Part shown: positions 10,967 to 19,221 of the stretch, in pieces
How the letters are laid out: each line of letters opens with the position of its first letter
Numbering within the stretch: the first letter of the stretch is position 1
From: an uncultured cyanobacterium
Lineage (GTDB): Bacteria > Cyanobacteriota > Cyanobacteriia > PCC-6307 > Cyanobiaceae
DNA: 64,000 bases
Assembly (NCBI GenBank): GCA_963765575.1
Contig: CAVXWZ010000002.1
Location: 32,001-96,000, forward strand
Direction: 5' to 3'
Position numbers and translations under genes: made by a program
The notes under the pieces: model-generated
Told to the model about the DNA's origin: nothing
Seen by the model: the letters and a program-made list of their open reading frames with translations, nothing else
Database searches by the model: none

Positions 10967-12436
10967 ATGTTCGACGAGCTTTCCCAGCGGTTTGAGGATG
11001 CGGTCAAGGGCCTGAGGGGCCAGGCCAGCATCAGCGAAAGCAACGTCGACGAGGCCCTCAAGGACGTGCGCCGCGCCCTGCTGGAGGCCGATGTGAGCCT
11101 GCCGGTGGTCAAGGAGTTCGTGCAGGAGGTGCGCGCCAGGGCCCTCGGCGCCGAGGTGGTGCGCGGTATCAGCCCGGATCAGAAGTTCATCCAGTTGGTG
11201 CATGAACAGCTGGTGGAGACCATGGGCGGTGAGAACACGCCCCTGGCGGCCGGAGGCCAGGCGGGCGCACCGGCGGTGGTGCTGATGGCCGGTCTGCAGG
11301 GCGCGGGCAAAACCACCGCCACCGCCAAGCTGGGCCTGCACCTCAAGGAGCAGGGCCGCCGGGCCCTGATGGTGGCCGCCGACGTCTACCGCCCGGCGGC
11401 GATCGAGCAGCTGCAGACCCTGGGCGCCCAGATCGGCGTCGCCGTGTTCAGCCTCGGCCAGGAGGCGAAACCGGAAGCGATCGCCGCCGCCGGCATTGCC
11501 AAAGCCAAGGCCGAGGGTTTCGACACGGTGCTGGTGGACACCGCCGGCCGCCTCCAGATCGACATCTCGATGATGGAGGAGATGGTGCGGATCCGGGAGG
11601 CCTGCAGCCCCGATGAGGTGCTGCTGGTGGTGGACTCGATGATCGGCCAGGAGGCCGCCGAACTCACCCGCGCCTTCCATGAGCAGGTGGGCATCACCGG
11701 CGCCGTGCTCACCAAGCTCGACGGCGACTCCCGCGGCGGCGCCGCCCTCTCGATCCGCAAGGTGAGCGGCGCGCCGATCAAGTTCATCGGCACCGGCGAG
11801 AAGGTGGAGGCCCTGCAGCCCTTCCACCCCGAGCGCATGGCCAGCCGCATCCTCGGCATGGGCGATGTGCTCACCCTGGTGGAGAAGGCCCAGAAGGAGG
11901 TGGAACTGGCCGATGTGGCGCGCATGCAGCAGAAGCTGCAGGAGGCCACCTTCGACTTCTCCGACTTCCTGCAGCAGATGCGCGTGATCAAGCGCATGGG
12001 CTCGCTCGGCGGCCTGATGAAGCTGATCCCGGGCATGAACAAGATCGACGACGGCATGCTCAAGCAGGGGGAGCAGCAGCTGCGGCGGATCGAGGCGATG
12101 ATCGGCTCGATGACCGAGGCCGAGCGCGGCAACCCCGACCTGCTGGCGTCCGCCCCCTCCCGCCGTCGCCGCATCGCCGGTGGCTGCGGCCACAGCCCGG
12201 CCGATGTGGACAAGGTGCTGGCCGACTTCCAGAAGATGCGCGGCTTCATGAAGCAGATGAGCCAGGGCGGCGGCGTGCCGGGCATGGGCGGTGGCCTGCC
12301 CGGCATGGGCGGCCTGCCCGGCATGGGCGGGCTGCCCGGCATGGGCGGCGCTCCGGCAGCTGGTGCGGGGCGTGGGCGCGGGCCAGGCAAGGCCCCCCGG
12401 CCGGCCAAGAAGCGCAAGGGCTTCGGCGACCTCTGA
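10967..12436 (+). CDS. ffh: signal recognition particle protein
   Basis: GLQGAGKTT, DTAGR, TKLDGD, PERMASRILGMGD, M domain. Confidence 0.98.
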   Translation: MFDELSQRFEDAVKGLRGQASISESNVDEALKDVRRALLEADVSLPVVKEFVQEVRARALGAEVVRGISPDQKFIQLVHEQLVETMGGENTPLAAGGQAGAPAVVLMAGLQGAGKTTATAKLGLHLKEQGRRALMVAADVYRPAAIEQLQTLGAQIGVAVFSLGQEAKPEAIAAAGIAKAKAEGFDTVLVDTAGRLQIDISMMEEMVRIREACSPDEVLLVVDSMIGQEAAELTRAFHEQVGITGAVLTKLDGDSRGGAALSIRKVSGAPIKFIGTGEKVEALQPFHPERMASRILGMGDVLTLVEKAQKEVELADVARMQQKLQEATFDFSDFLQQMRVIKRMGSLGGLMKLIPGMNKIDDGMLKQGEQQLRRIEAMIGSMTEAERGNPDLLASAPSRRRRIAGGCGHSPADVDKVLADFQKMRGFMKQMSQGGGVPGMGGGLPGMGGLPGMGGLPGMGGAPAAGAGRGRGPGKAPRPAKKRKGFGDL

Positions 12437-12493
12437 GCTGCGGCCACCCCAGGGGGTACATTGCTTCTTTGCACCTTTTGCGGCTAAGCCACG

Positions 12494-12919
12494 ATGATCA
12501 AGCTCCGGCTGAAGCGGTTTGGCAAGAAGCGGGAAGCGAGCTTCCGCCTGGTGGCCGTGAACAGCACCTCCCGCCGCGACGGCCGGCCCCTTGAGGAGCT
12601 CGGTTTCTACAACCCCCGCACCAAGGAAACCCGCCTCGACACCGAGGCCATCCGCGCCCGCCTGGCCCAGGGTGCCCAGCCCACCGACACCGTGCTGACA
12701 CTGCTGGAGCGTGGCGGTCTGGTGGAGAAGACCGTGCGCTCCTCGGTGGTGGTGGGGCAGAAGAAACAGGCTGCCGCCCGCGATGCCGCCACCAAACAGG
12801 CAGCCAGGGAGGCCGCCGAAGCCAAGGCTGCTGAAGAAGCCAAGGCCGCTGAAGAAGCCAAGGCCGCCGCTGAACAGGCCGCTGCTGCATCTGCCGACGA
12901 GGCCCCGGCCGAGGCTTGA
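12494..12919 (+). CDS. rpsP: 30S ribosomal protein S16 with Ala/Glu/Lys-rich C-terminal extension
   Basis: [35 protein letters not shown]. Confidence 0.97.
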   Translation: MIKLRLKRFGKKREASFRLVAVNSTSRRDGRPLEELGFYNPRTKETRLDTEAIRARLAQGAQPTDTVLTLLERGGLVEKTVRSSVVVGQKKQAAARDAATKQAAREAAEAKAAEEAKAAEEAKAAAEQAAAASADEAPAEA

Positions 12920-13932
12920 GCTCCGGCCCCCCAGCCGAGCCTGGCGGGCTCTCCAGCGCCACCCTCTCCCTGCCCACAACGGCCGCCGCCCTGGCCCTGG
13001 CCGGAGATGGGGAAGCCACCCTGCGCCGCCTGGAGGCCCTCACCGGTGCCTCGCTGGTGCTGCGCGGGCTCGACCTCACCCTGCGGGCCCGCCCACCGCA
13101 GCTGGAGCGGCTCACCAGCCTGCTGGACATGCTCCGCCCCCTCTGGCTGGAGGGCCAGAGCATCAGCCAGGTGGACCTCAACACCGCCCTGCAGGCCCTC
13201 GACAGCGGCCGCGGCGACGAGCATCGCGACCTCAGCAAGCTGGTGCTGGCCCGCAGCCAGACAGGCCGCATGCTGCGGCCCCGCACCCTGCGCCAGAAGG
13301 CCTACGTGCAGGCCATGGAGCGCAACGACCTCACCCTGGCCCTGGGTCCGGCCGGCACCGGCAAAACCTTCCTGGCCACGGTGCTGGCGGTGCGCATGCT
13401 CCAGGAGCGGCGCGTCGAGCGCCTGATCCTCACCCGGCCGGCGGTGGAGGCCGGCGAGCGCCTCGGCTTCCTCCCCGGCGACCTGCAGCAGAAGGTGGAT
13501 CCCTATCTGCGGCCGCTCTACGACGCCCTGCACACCCTGCTGGGTGCGGAGCGCACCGCCACCCTGCTGGAGAAAGGCGTGATTGAGGTGGCCCCCCTGG
13601 CCTACATGCGCGGCCGCACCCTCGCCGAGGCCTTCGTGATCCTCGATGAGGCCCAGAACACCACCAGCGCCCAGATGCGCATGGTGCTCACCCGCCTGGG
13701 CGAAAACTCGCGCATGGTGGTCACCGGTGACCCCAGCCAGAGCGACCTGCCGCCCGGCGCAGTGAGCGGACTGAGCGAAGCCTCCCAGGTGCTCGACGGC
13801 GTGGAGGGGGTGGCCATCTGTCAGCTCACGGCCGCCGACGTGGTGCGCCATCCGCTGGTGCAGCGGCTGGTGAACGCCTACGCCGAGCGCGACAGACGCA
13901 CGCCGCCAAGGCGCCTGCCCCCGAGGGGGTGA
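12916..13932 (+). CDS. phoH: PhoH family ATPase
   Basis: [46 protein letters not shown]. Confidence 0.93.
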   Translation: MSSGPPAEPGGLSSATLSLPTTAAALALAGDGEATLRRLEALTGASLVLRGLDLTLRARPPQLERLTSLLDMLRPLWLEGQSISQVDLNTALQALDSGRGDEHRDLSKLVLARSQTGRMLRPRTLRQKAYVQAMERNDLTLALGPAGTGKTFLATVLAVRMLQERRVERLILTRPAVEAGERLGFLPGDLQQKVDPYLRPLYDALHTLLGAERTATLLEKGVIEVAPLAYMRGRTLAEAFVILDEAQNTTSAQMRMVLTRLGENSRMVVTGDPSQSDLPPGAVSGLSEASQVLDGVEGVAICQLTAADVVRHPLVQRLVNAYAERDRRTPPRRLPPRG

Positions 13933-14016
13933 TCCGCACCCGCCAGCGGACCATCAAGCCTGCCGCCGGCAGGCGGACGCTGGCAGGATGGATGAACTTC
14001 ACAGATCCGGGGCGTC

Positions 14017-14757
14017 ATGCCGGCCAGCAGCAATTTCCAGGAGGCCATCCGCGAGGCGCAATCCAGCGCCCTGGTGGGCCCCAATGTCGTCAACAAGGCC
14101 CTGCCCTACGTGGGTGGCGGCATGGTGCTCACCGCCGCTGGCGTGGTGGGGGGCATCGCCACCCTCGGCTCGATCGGACCGGCGGCCTTCTCCACCGTGT
14201 CCCTGGTGGCGATCATCCCCTGGTTCATCCTCTTCTTTGTTGCCCAGAACGCGGCCAGCAAGGCCAACAACGGCACCGCCCTTCCCCTGCTCGCCACCTT
14301 CAGCCTGCTCACCGGCTTCACCCTCACCGGCCTGGTGATCAGGGCGGTGGCGGTGGCCGGTGCCGGCGCCATCGGCACCGCCACCCTGGCCACCGGCATC
14401 ACCTTCGTGGTGGCCTCGTTCGCCGGACGCCGCATGAGCGACAGCGTCGGTCAGGCCCTCAGCGGTGTGGTGGGCCTCGGCCTGATCGGCCTGCTGATCG
14501 CCATGGTGGTGCAGATCGTGGGCAGCATCTTCGTGCCGGGGATGTTCGGAGGCAATGGCCTGGAGCTGGTGATCGCCGGCTTCGGCACCGTGCTGTTCGT
14601 GGGCATGGCGTTTGTGGACTTCTACACAATGCCCCGCACCTACAACGATGACCAGTACCTCGCCGGGGCGCTGGGGATGTACCTCACCTACATCAATCTG
14701 TTCATCTTCATCCTGCGTCTGATCATTGCCCTGCAGGGCGGTGGTCGCCGCGAGTGA
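14017..14757 (+). CDS. Bax inhibitor-1/YccA family membrane protein
   Basis: About 7 hydrophobic helices; ALGMYLTYINLFIFILRL C-terminal signature. Confidence 0.88.
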   Translation: MPASSNFQEAIREAQSSALVGPNVVNKALPYVGGGMVLTAAGVVGGIATLGSIGPAAFSTVSLVAIIPWFILFFVAQNAASKANNGTALPLLATFSLLTGFTLTGLVIRAVAVAGAGAIGTATLATGITFVVASFAGRRMSDSVGQALSGVVGLGLIGLLIAMVVQIVGSIFVPGMFGGNGLELVIAGFGTVLFVGMAFVDFYTMPRTYNDDQYLAGALGMYLTYINLFIFILRLIIALQGGGRRE

Positions 14758-14768
14758 GGCCCCCGGCC

Positions 14769-15293
14769 TCACTCGGCCACGGCCTCGATGGCTGAGCTGA
14801 TCGCCTGCTTCTGCGCGGCGTCATAGCCCCAGCGCTCGAGGAAGGCGACATCGTCCCCCAGCCCCTCCCGGGCGGCGGCCAGCAGCGTTTCCAGCCGCTG
14901 CTTCACCGCCTGGGGGTCGAGTTGCCGCAACAGTTCGGTGCAGCGCAGCCGCACCCGCTCGGAGCTCGCCTGCTGCTGCCCGTCGCCGCCGCGCCCGTGA
15001 TGCAGGGCCATGGCGGTGCTCATGGCCAGGTTGCGGGCGGTGAGATCCACCACCTCAGCGCCGGCGGCCCGCAACTGCAGCACCAGGGGCTCGGGCAGGC
15101 GGTCCATCAGCGGACAATCGCCGGCCAGGCTGACCACGAAGAAGCCGCGGCCACCGTCACGGCTGGCCACCAGTTCAGCGACGCGATCGGCGAGCACCTC
15201 ATCGCTGAGTTGGCCGTGCTCCCACAGTCCCAGCCACTGGGCCGTGATCTCCATGGCCTGCTGGAAGGAGGGTTCGAGGGGGGTGGTGGTCAT
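14769..15293 (-). CDS. conserved cyanobacterial hypothetical protein
   Basis: GRGFFV, RNLAMSTAM and FLERWGYD motifs; coding-like codon usage. Confidence 0.75.
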   Translation of the reverse strand: MTTTPLEPSFQQAMEITAQWLGLWEHGQLSDEVLADRVAELVASRDGGRGFFVVSLAGDCPLMDRLPEPLVLQLRAAGAEVVDLTARNLAMSTAMALHHGRGGDGQQQASSERVRLRCTELLRQLDPQAVKQRLETLLAAAREGLGDDVAFLERWGYDAAQKQAISSAIEAVAE

Positions 15294-15335
15294 GGCAAGC
15301 GGCGCCTGGATCAGCGAACTGGCAGTGTTGAGGTT

Positions 15336-16436
15336 ATGGACCCGCACCCCTCAAGCGCCGGCAGCCCCCCAGACGCCAGCACGAGCTCCAGCAGCAACGG
15401 GCCCGGCCGCCTGGCCATGCCGGAGGGTGAGACCGGCGTGCTGCTGCCGATTCCCGATCCCGCCGAATCGGCGCGGCTGCTGGCTGGTGGCGCCCGGAAC
15501 GGGCCCGACGGCAGCGACACCGGCACCCCCTTCCACTCCGGTTTCGTGGCCCTGATCGGCCGCCCCAACGTGGGCAAGAGCACCCTGCTCAACCAGCTGG
15601 TGGGCCAGAAGGTGGCGATCACCTCGCCCGTGGCCCAGACCACCCGCCACCGCCTGCGGGCCATCCTCACCACCCCCGCCGCCCAGCTGGTGCTGCTGGA
15701 CACCCCCGGCATCCACAAGCCCCACCACCTGCTCGGGGAACGGCTGGTGAAGGCGGCCCGCGGCGCCATCGGCGACGTGGACGTGGTGCTGCTGCTGGTG
15801 GATGGCAGCCAGAGCGCCGGCCGCGGCGACGGCTTCATCGTTGAGCTGCTGCGCCACTGCCGCCAACCCGTGCACGTGGCGCTCAACAAGTGGGATCAGG
15901 TGGACGCCGATGCCGCCGAGGAGCTGGCCGCCAGCTACCGCCAACTGCTGCAAGGGGATGGGGACAGTCCGCCGCTGAACTGGCCCCTGCACCGGGTGAG
16001 CGCCCTCACCGGCGCCGGCACCACGGAGCTGGTGGCGGCCCTGGGCGCGGCCCTGCCCCGCGGCGGCCACCTCTACCCGCCGGATGCGGTGAGCGATCAG
16101 CCCGAGCAACTGCTGATGGCCGAGCTGATCCGCGAGCAGGTGCTCAACCACACCCGCGAGGAGGTGCCCCACTCGGTGGCGGTGAGCGTGGAGCGGGTGG
16201 TGGAGGACGGTCCGCGCACGGCGGTGCTGGCCACGGTGGTGGTGGAGCGCACCAGCCAGAAGGGCATCCTGATCGGCAAGGGGGGTCGCATGCTGCGCAC
16301 GATCGGCCAGGGGGCCAGGCTGCAGATGGAGAAGCTGGTGGGCGGCCCGGTGTATCTGGAGCTGTTTGTGAAGGTGGTGCCGGGTTGGCGGCGCAACGCC
16401 GCCCGGCTGGCCGAGCTGGGTTACCGGGGCGAGTGA
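15336..16436 (+). CDS. era: GTPase Era (start could be 15417)
   Basis: GRPNVGKSTL, QTTR, DTPGIHKP, NKWD, REEVPHSVAV, KH domain QKGILIGKGG. Confidence 0.95.
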   Translation: MDPHPSSAGSPPDASTSSSSNGPGRLAMPEGETGVLLPIPDPAESARLLAGGARNGPDGSDTGTPFHSGFVALIGRPNVGKSTLLNQLVGQKVAITSPVAQTTRHRLRAILTTPAAQLVLLDTPGIHKPHHLLGERLVKAARGAIGDVDVVLLLVDGSQSAGRGDGFIVELLRHCRQPVHVALNKWDQVDADAAEELAASYRQLLQGDGDSPPLNWPLHRVSALTGAGTTELVAALGAALPRGGHLYPPDAVSDQPEQLLMAELIREQVLNHTREEVPHSVAVSVERVVEDGPRTAVLATVVVERTSQKGILIGKGGRMLRTIGQGARLQMEKLVGGPVYLELFVKVVPGWRRNAARLAELGYRGE

Positions 16437-16472
16437 GCCGGGGCGGCGCCGGGCAGCTGAGAGAATCAGGCC

Positions 16473-17027
16473 ATGACCGAGGCCAGCACTCCCGACACCC
16501 CTTTCCCGCCGCAATCGATCGCGGCCTTTCTGCGCTGCTGTGCCGGCGAGTGGATGAGCCTGCGCAGCCGTTTCGCCCTGGAGCAGGCCGCCCTCATCCA
16601 GCTCCCTGCCGGCACTGATGGCGCCGGTGAAGCTGAAGCGGCTGCGGGCGAGGCGGGTGAGGGCGATGAGTGGCACACCAGCGAGCGCGGTGAGCTGGTG
16701 GTGCTCTACCTGGAGCCGGCCGATGGCCAAGCGCCGGGCGGGCTGCAGGTGGGCCCCAAGGGGCAGCCGGCCCAGCGGCTGCTGTTCGCCGCCGACGGCA
16801 GCTTCGAGAGCGGCGGCCGGCGCGGCAGCTGGCAGCTCTGGCCCGATGGCAGCCTGGAGCTGTTGCTGGTGCAGGAGGGCATCCAGCTGCGCGAGCGCAT
16901 CTGGTTCACCAAGCCCAACCTGCGCCTGCGCTCCACCGTGGAGAGCCGCAGCGACGGTCGGCCGGGACGGGCCAGCTTCAGCTCCGAGATCCGCCGGGTG
17001 AGCCGTCCGGCCCCGCCGGCCGCCTGA
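16473..17027 (+). CDS. CpcS/CpeS-family phycobiliprotein lyase-like protein
   Basis: FLRCCAGEWMSLRS, ERIWFTKPNLRLR, SFSSEIR motifs. Confidence 0.85.
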   Translation: MTEASTPDTPFPPQSIAAFLRCCAGEWMSLRSRFALEQAALIQLPAGTDGAGEAEAAAGEAGEGDEWHTSERGELVVLYLEPADGQAPGGLQVGPKGQPAQRLLFAADGSFESGGRRGSWQLWPDGSLELLLVQEGIQLRERIWFTKPNLRLRSTVESRSDGRPGRASFSSEIRRVSRPAPPAA

Positions 17028-17058
17028 GCCCTGACCCGCCCGCTGATGGCCTGACGCA

Positions 17059-17757
17059 ATGCGCCTCGATGTGGTGAGCCTGGCCCCCGAGGCCCTCCGG
17101 CCTCTGCTCAGCCTCGGCGTGGTGGGGCGGGCCTTTGCTGCCGGCATCGCCTCCCTGCACACCCACAACCCCCGCGACTTCGCCAGCGACCGCTACCGCA
17201 AGGTGGATGACGAGCCCTACGGCGGCGGCGCCGGCATGGTGCTCAAACCCGAGCCGGTGTTCGCCGCGGTGGAGGCGATTCCGGCGCTGCCGCGGCGCCG
17301 CGTGCTGCTGATGAGCCCCCAGGGCGCGCCGCTGGGCCAGGCCGACCTGCGCCGCTGGGCCGCCGCGCACGACCAGCTGGTGCTGCTCTGCGGCCACTAC
17401 GAGGGCTTCGATGAGCGCATCCGCAGCCTCGCCGACGAGGAGGTGTCGCTCGGTGACTTCGTGCTCACCGGCGGTGAGCTGCCGGCGGCGGTGGTGATCA
17501 ACGGCGTGGTGCGGCTGCTGCCGGGAACCGTGGGCACGGCCGCCTGCCTCGACGATGAGAGCCACAGTGCCCTGCTGCTGGAGCATCCCCATTACACGCG
17601 GCCGGCCACGTTCCGGGACATGACCGTGCCGGCGGTGCTGCGCAGCGGCGACCATGGCGCCATCGCCCACTGGCGCCGGGAGCAGCAACGCCAGCGCACC
17701 GCCGAGCGCCGCCCCGACCTCTACGCCCGCTGGCAGGCTGAACAGGACCCCGGCTGA
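17059..17757 (+). CDS. trmD: tRNA (guanine37-N1)-methyltransferase
   Basis: VDDEPYGGGAGM, CGHYEGFDER, SLGDFVLTGGE, EHPHYTRP, LRSGDH. Confidence 0.97.
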   Translation: MRLDVVSLAPEALRPLLSLGVVGRAFAAGIASLHTHNPRDFASDRYRKVDDEPYGGGAGMVLKPEPVFAAVEAIPALPRRRVLLMSPQGAPLGQADLRRWAAAHDQLVLLCGHYEGFDERIRSLADEEVSLGDFVLTGGELPAAVVINGVVRLLPGTVGTAACLDDESHSALLLEHPHYTRPATFRDMTVPAVLRSGDHGAIAHWRREQQRQRTAERRPDLYARWQAEQDPG

Positions 17758-17791
17758 TCCCCCGGGCGGACAGAGGTGAAGGGGCTGGGCT

Positions 17792-18682
17792 TCAGCCCTG
17801 GCCGCTCTGCAGCCCTTTGAGCGCCATGAGCAGGGCAGCCGGGCTCTGGGGATCCACCATCAGCACGCTGCCGCCCTTGGCGTGGGCCATCTGCTCGCCC
17901 ATCTCCATCCAGTCGCGGGCCAGCAGCAGGCGCAGGGCCTCGGCGGCGCCAGGATCGGCCGCGATCGCCTTGGCCAGACAGGTGGCGGCGGCGGCGCGGG
18001 CCTCGGCCTGCAGGTTTTGCTGCTTGGCCTCGGCCTCGGCCTGCAGCAGCAGGGCCTGGGCCCGGCCGCGGGCGGCGTTGAGCTCGCTGTCGCGCACGCC
18101 TTCCGAGCGCAGAATGGCGGCCCGCTTCTCGCGCTCGGCCGTCATCTGCTGCTCCATCGCCTGCTGCACGCCGGCGGAGGGACGGATGTCGCGCAGTTCC
18201 ACCCGGGTCACCTTCACGCCCCAGGGGTCGGTGGCCAGGTCCAGCTCACGCAGCAGGGCCTCGTTCACCTCCTGGCGGGTGGTGAAGGTCTGGTCGAGGT
18301 CGAGCTTGCCCATCTCGGCGCGGATCTGGGTGAGCACCAGGTTCACCATCGCCGCCTGCAGGTTGTCAACGCCGTAGTAGGCGCGGGCGTGCTCCAGCAG
18401 CTGCCAGTACACCACCGCATCCACCTCGATCGACACGTTGTCGCGGGTGATGCACTGCTGCGGCGGGATGTCGAGCACCCGCTCCTTGAGCGACTCATGG
18501 CTCACCACCTTCTCCACCACCGGCAGCACGAAGGAGAGGCCCGGCTGCAGCTGGCGGTCGTACTTGCCGAGGCGCTCCACCAGCCGCGACTGGCCGCCGC
18601 TGGTGACCTTGACGCTGTTGAGGCCCAGAAACCCCATCACCACGAGAGCGGGCAGACCAAACAGGGCTTCCATGGGCAACAC
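17792..18682 (-). CDS. SPFH/band 7 (stomatin/QmcA-like) protein
   Basis: N-terminal TM segment, LVERLGKY, PPQQCITRDNV, WGVKVTRVE, QMTAEREKRAAIL. Confidence 0.92.
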   Translation of the reverse strand: MLPMEALFGLPALVVMGFLGLNSVKVTSGGQSRLVERLGKYDRQLQPGLSFVLPVVEKVVSHESLKERVLDIPPQQCITRDNVSIEVDAVVYWQLLEHARAYYGVDNLQAAMVNLVLTQIRAEMGKLDLDQTFTTRQEVNEALLRELDLATDPWGVKVTRVELRDIRPSAGVQQAMEQQMTAEREKRAAILRSEGVRDSELNAARGRAQALLLQAEAEAKQQNLQAEARAAAATCLAKAIAADPGAAEALRLLLARDWMEMGEQMAHAKGGSVLMVDPQSPAALLMALKGLQSGQG

Positions 18683-18768
18683 ACCGACCTGTAGCGATCG
18701 GAATCAACGGCATCCCCCAAACCTAGGCACCATGGAGATCACCCCCCACGCGCCCCCCGTCCCCGGCC

Positions 18769-19203
18769 ATGGCTGTCGCTGCGTTGATCTGGCTGGCGGT
18801 GGGGCTGACGCTGCTGCTGCTCGAGGTTCTGGGGGCGGAATTCGACGGCCTGCTGGCCGCTGCCCTGGCCGCCCTCACGGTCTCGATCACCGCGGCCCTG
18901 CTGCCCCTGCCGGCGGCCGGCCAGTTGCTGCTGTTCGTCCTGCTCAGCGGCGCGCTGCTGCTGGGGCTGCAGCGCTGGTCGCTGCGGCGGCGTGAGCGCG
19001 CCATCCCCCTCTCCCAAGGCGCCGACCAGGCGCGGGTGATCAGCAGCTTCGACGCCGGCGGTGAGGGCCGGGTGCGCTGGCAAGGCCAGAGCTGGGCGGC
19101 CACCAACCTGGAACCCCACCAGCCCCTGCGATCCGGGGAGGAGGTGATGGTGATGGGCCGGGAGGGCAACCACCTGCAGGTCGTGCCCCTGCCGCCGGGC
19201 TGA
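18769..19203 (+). CDS. short NfeD (YbbJ-like) membrane protein
   Basis: Three TM helices then an OB-fold GRVRWQGQSWAA...VMGREGNHLQV. Confidence 0.85.
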   Translation: MAVAALIWLAVGLTLLLLEVLGAEFDGLLAAALAALTVSITAALLPLPAAGQLLLFVLLSGALLLGLQRWSLRRRERAIPLSQGADQARVISSFDAGGEGRVRWQGQSWAATNLEPHQPLRSGEEVMVMGREGNHLQVVPLPPG

Positions 19204-19221
19204 GCCTTGGGGGGCTGAGCG

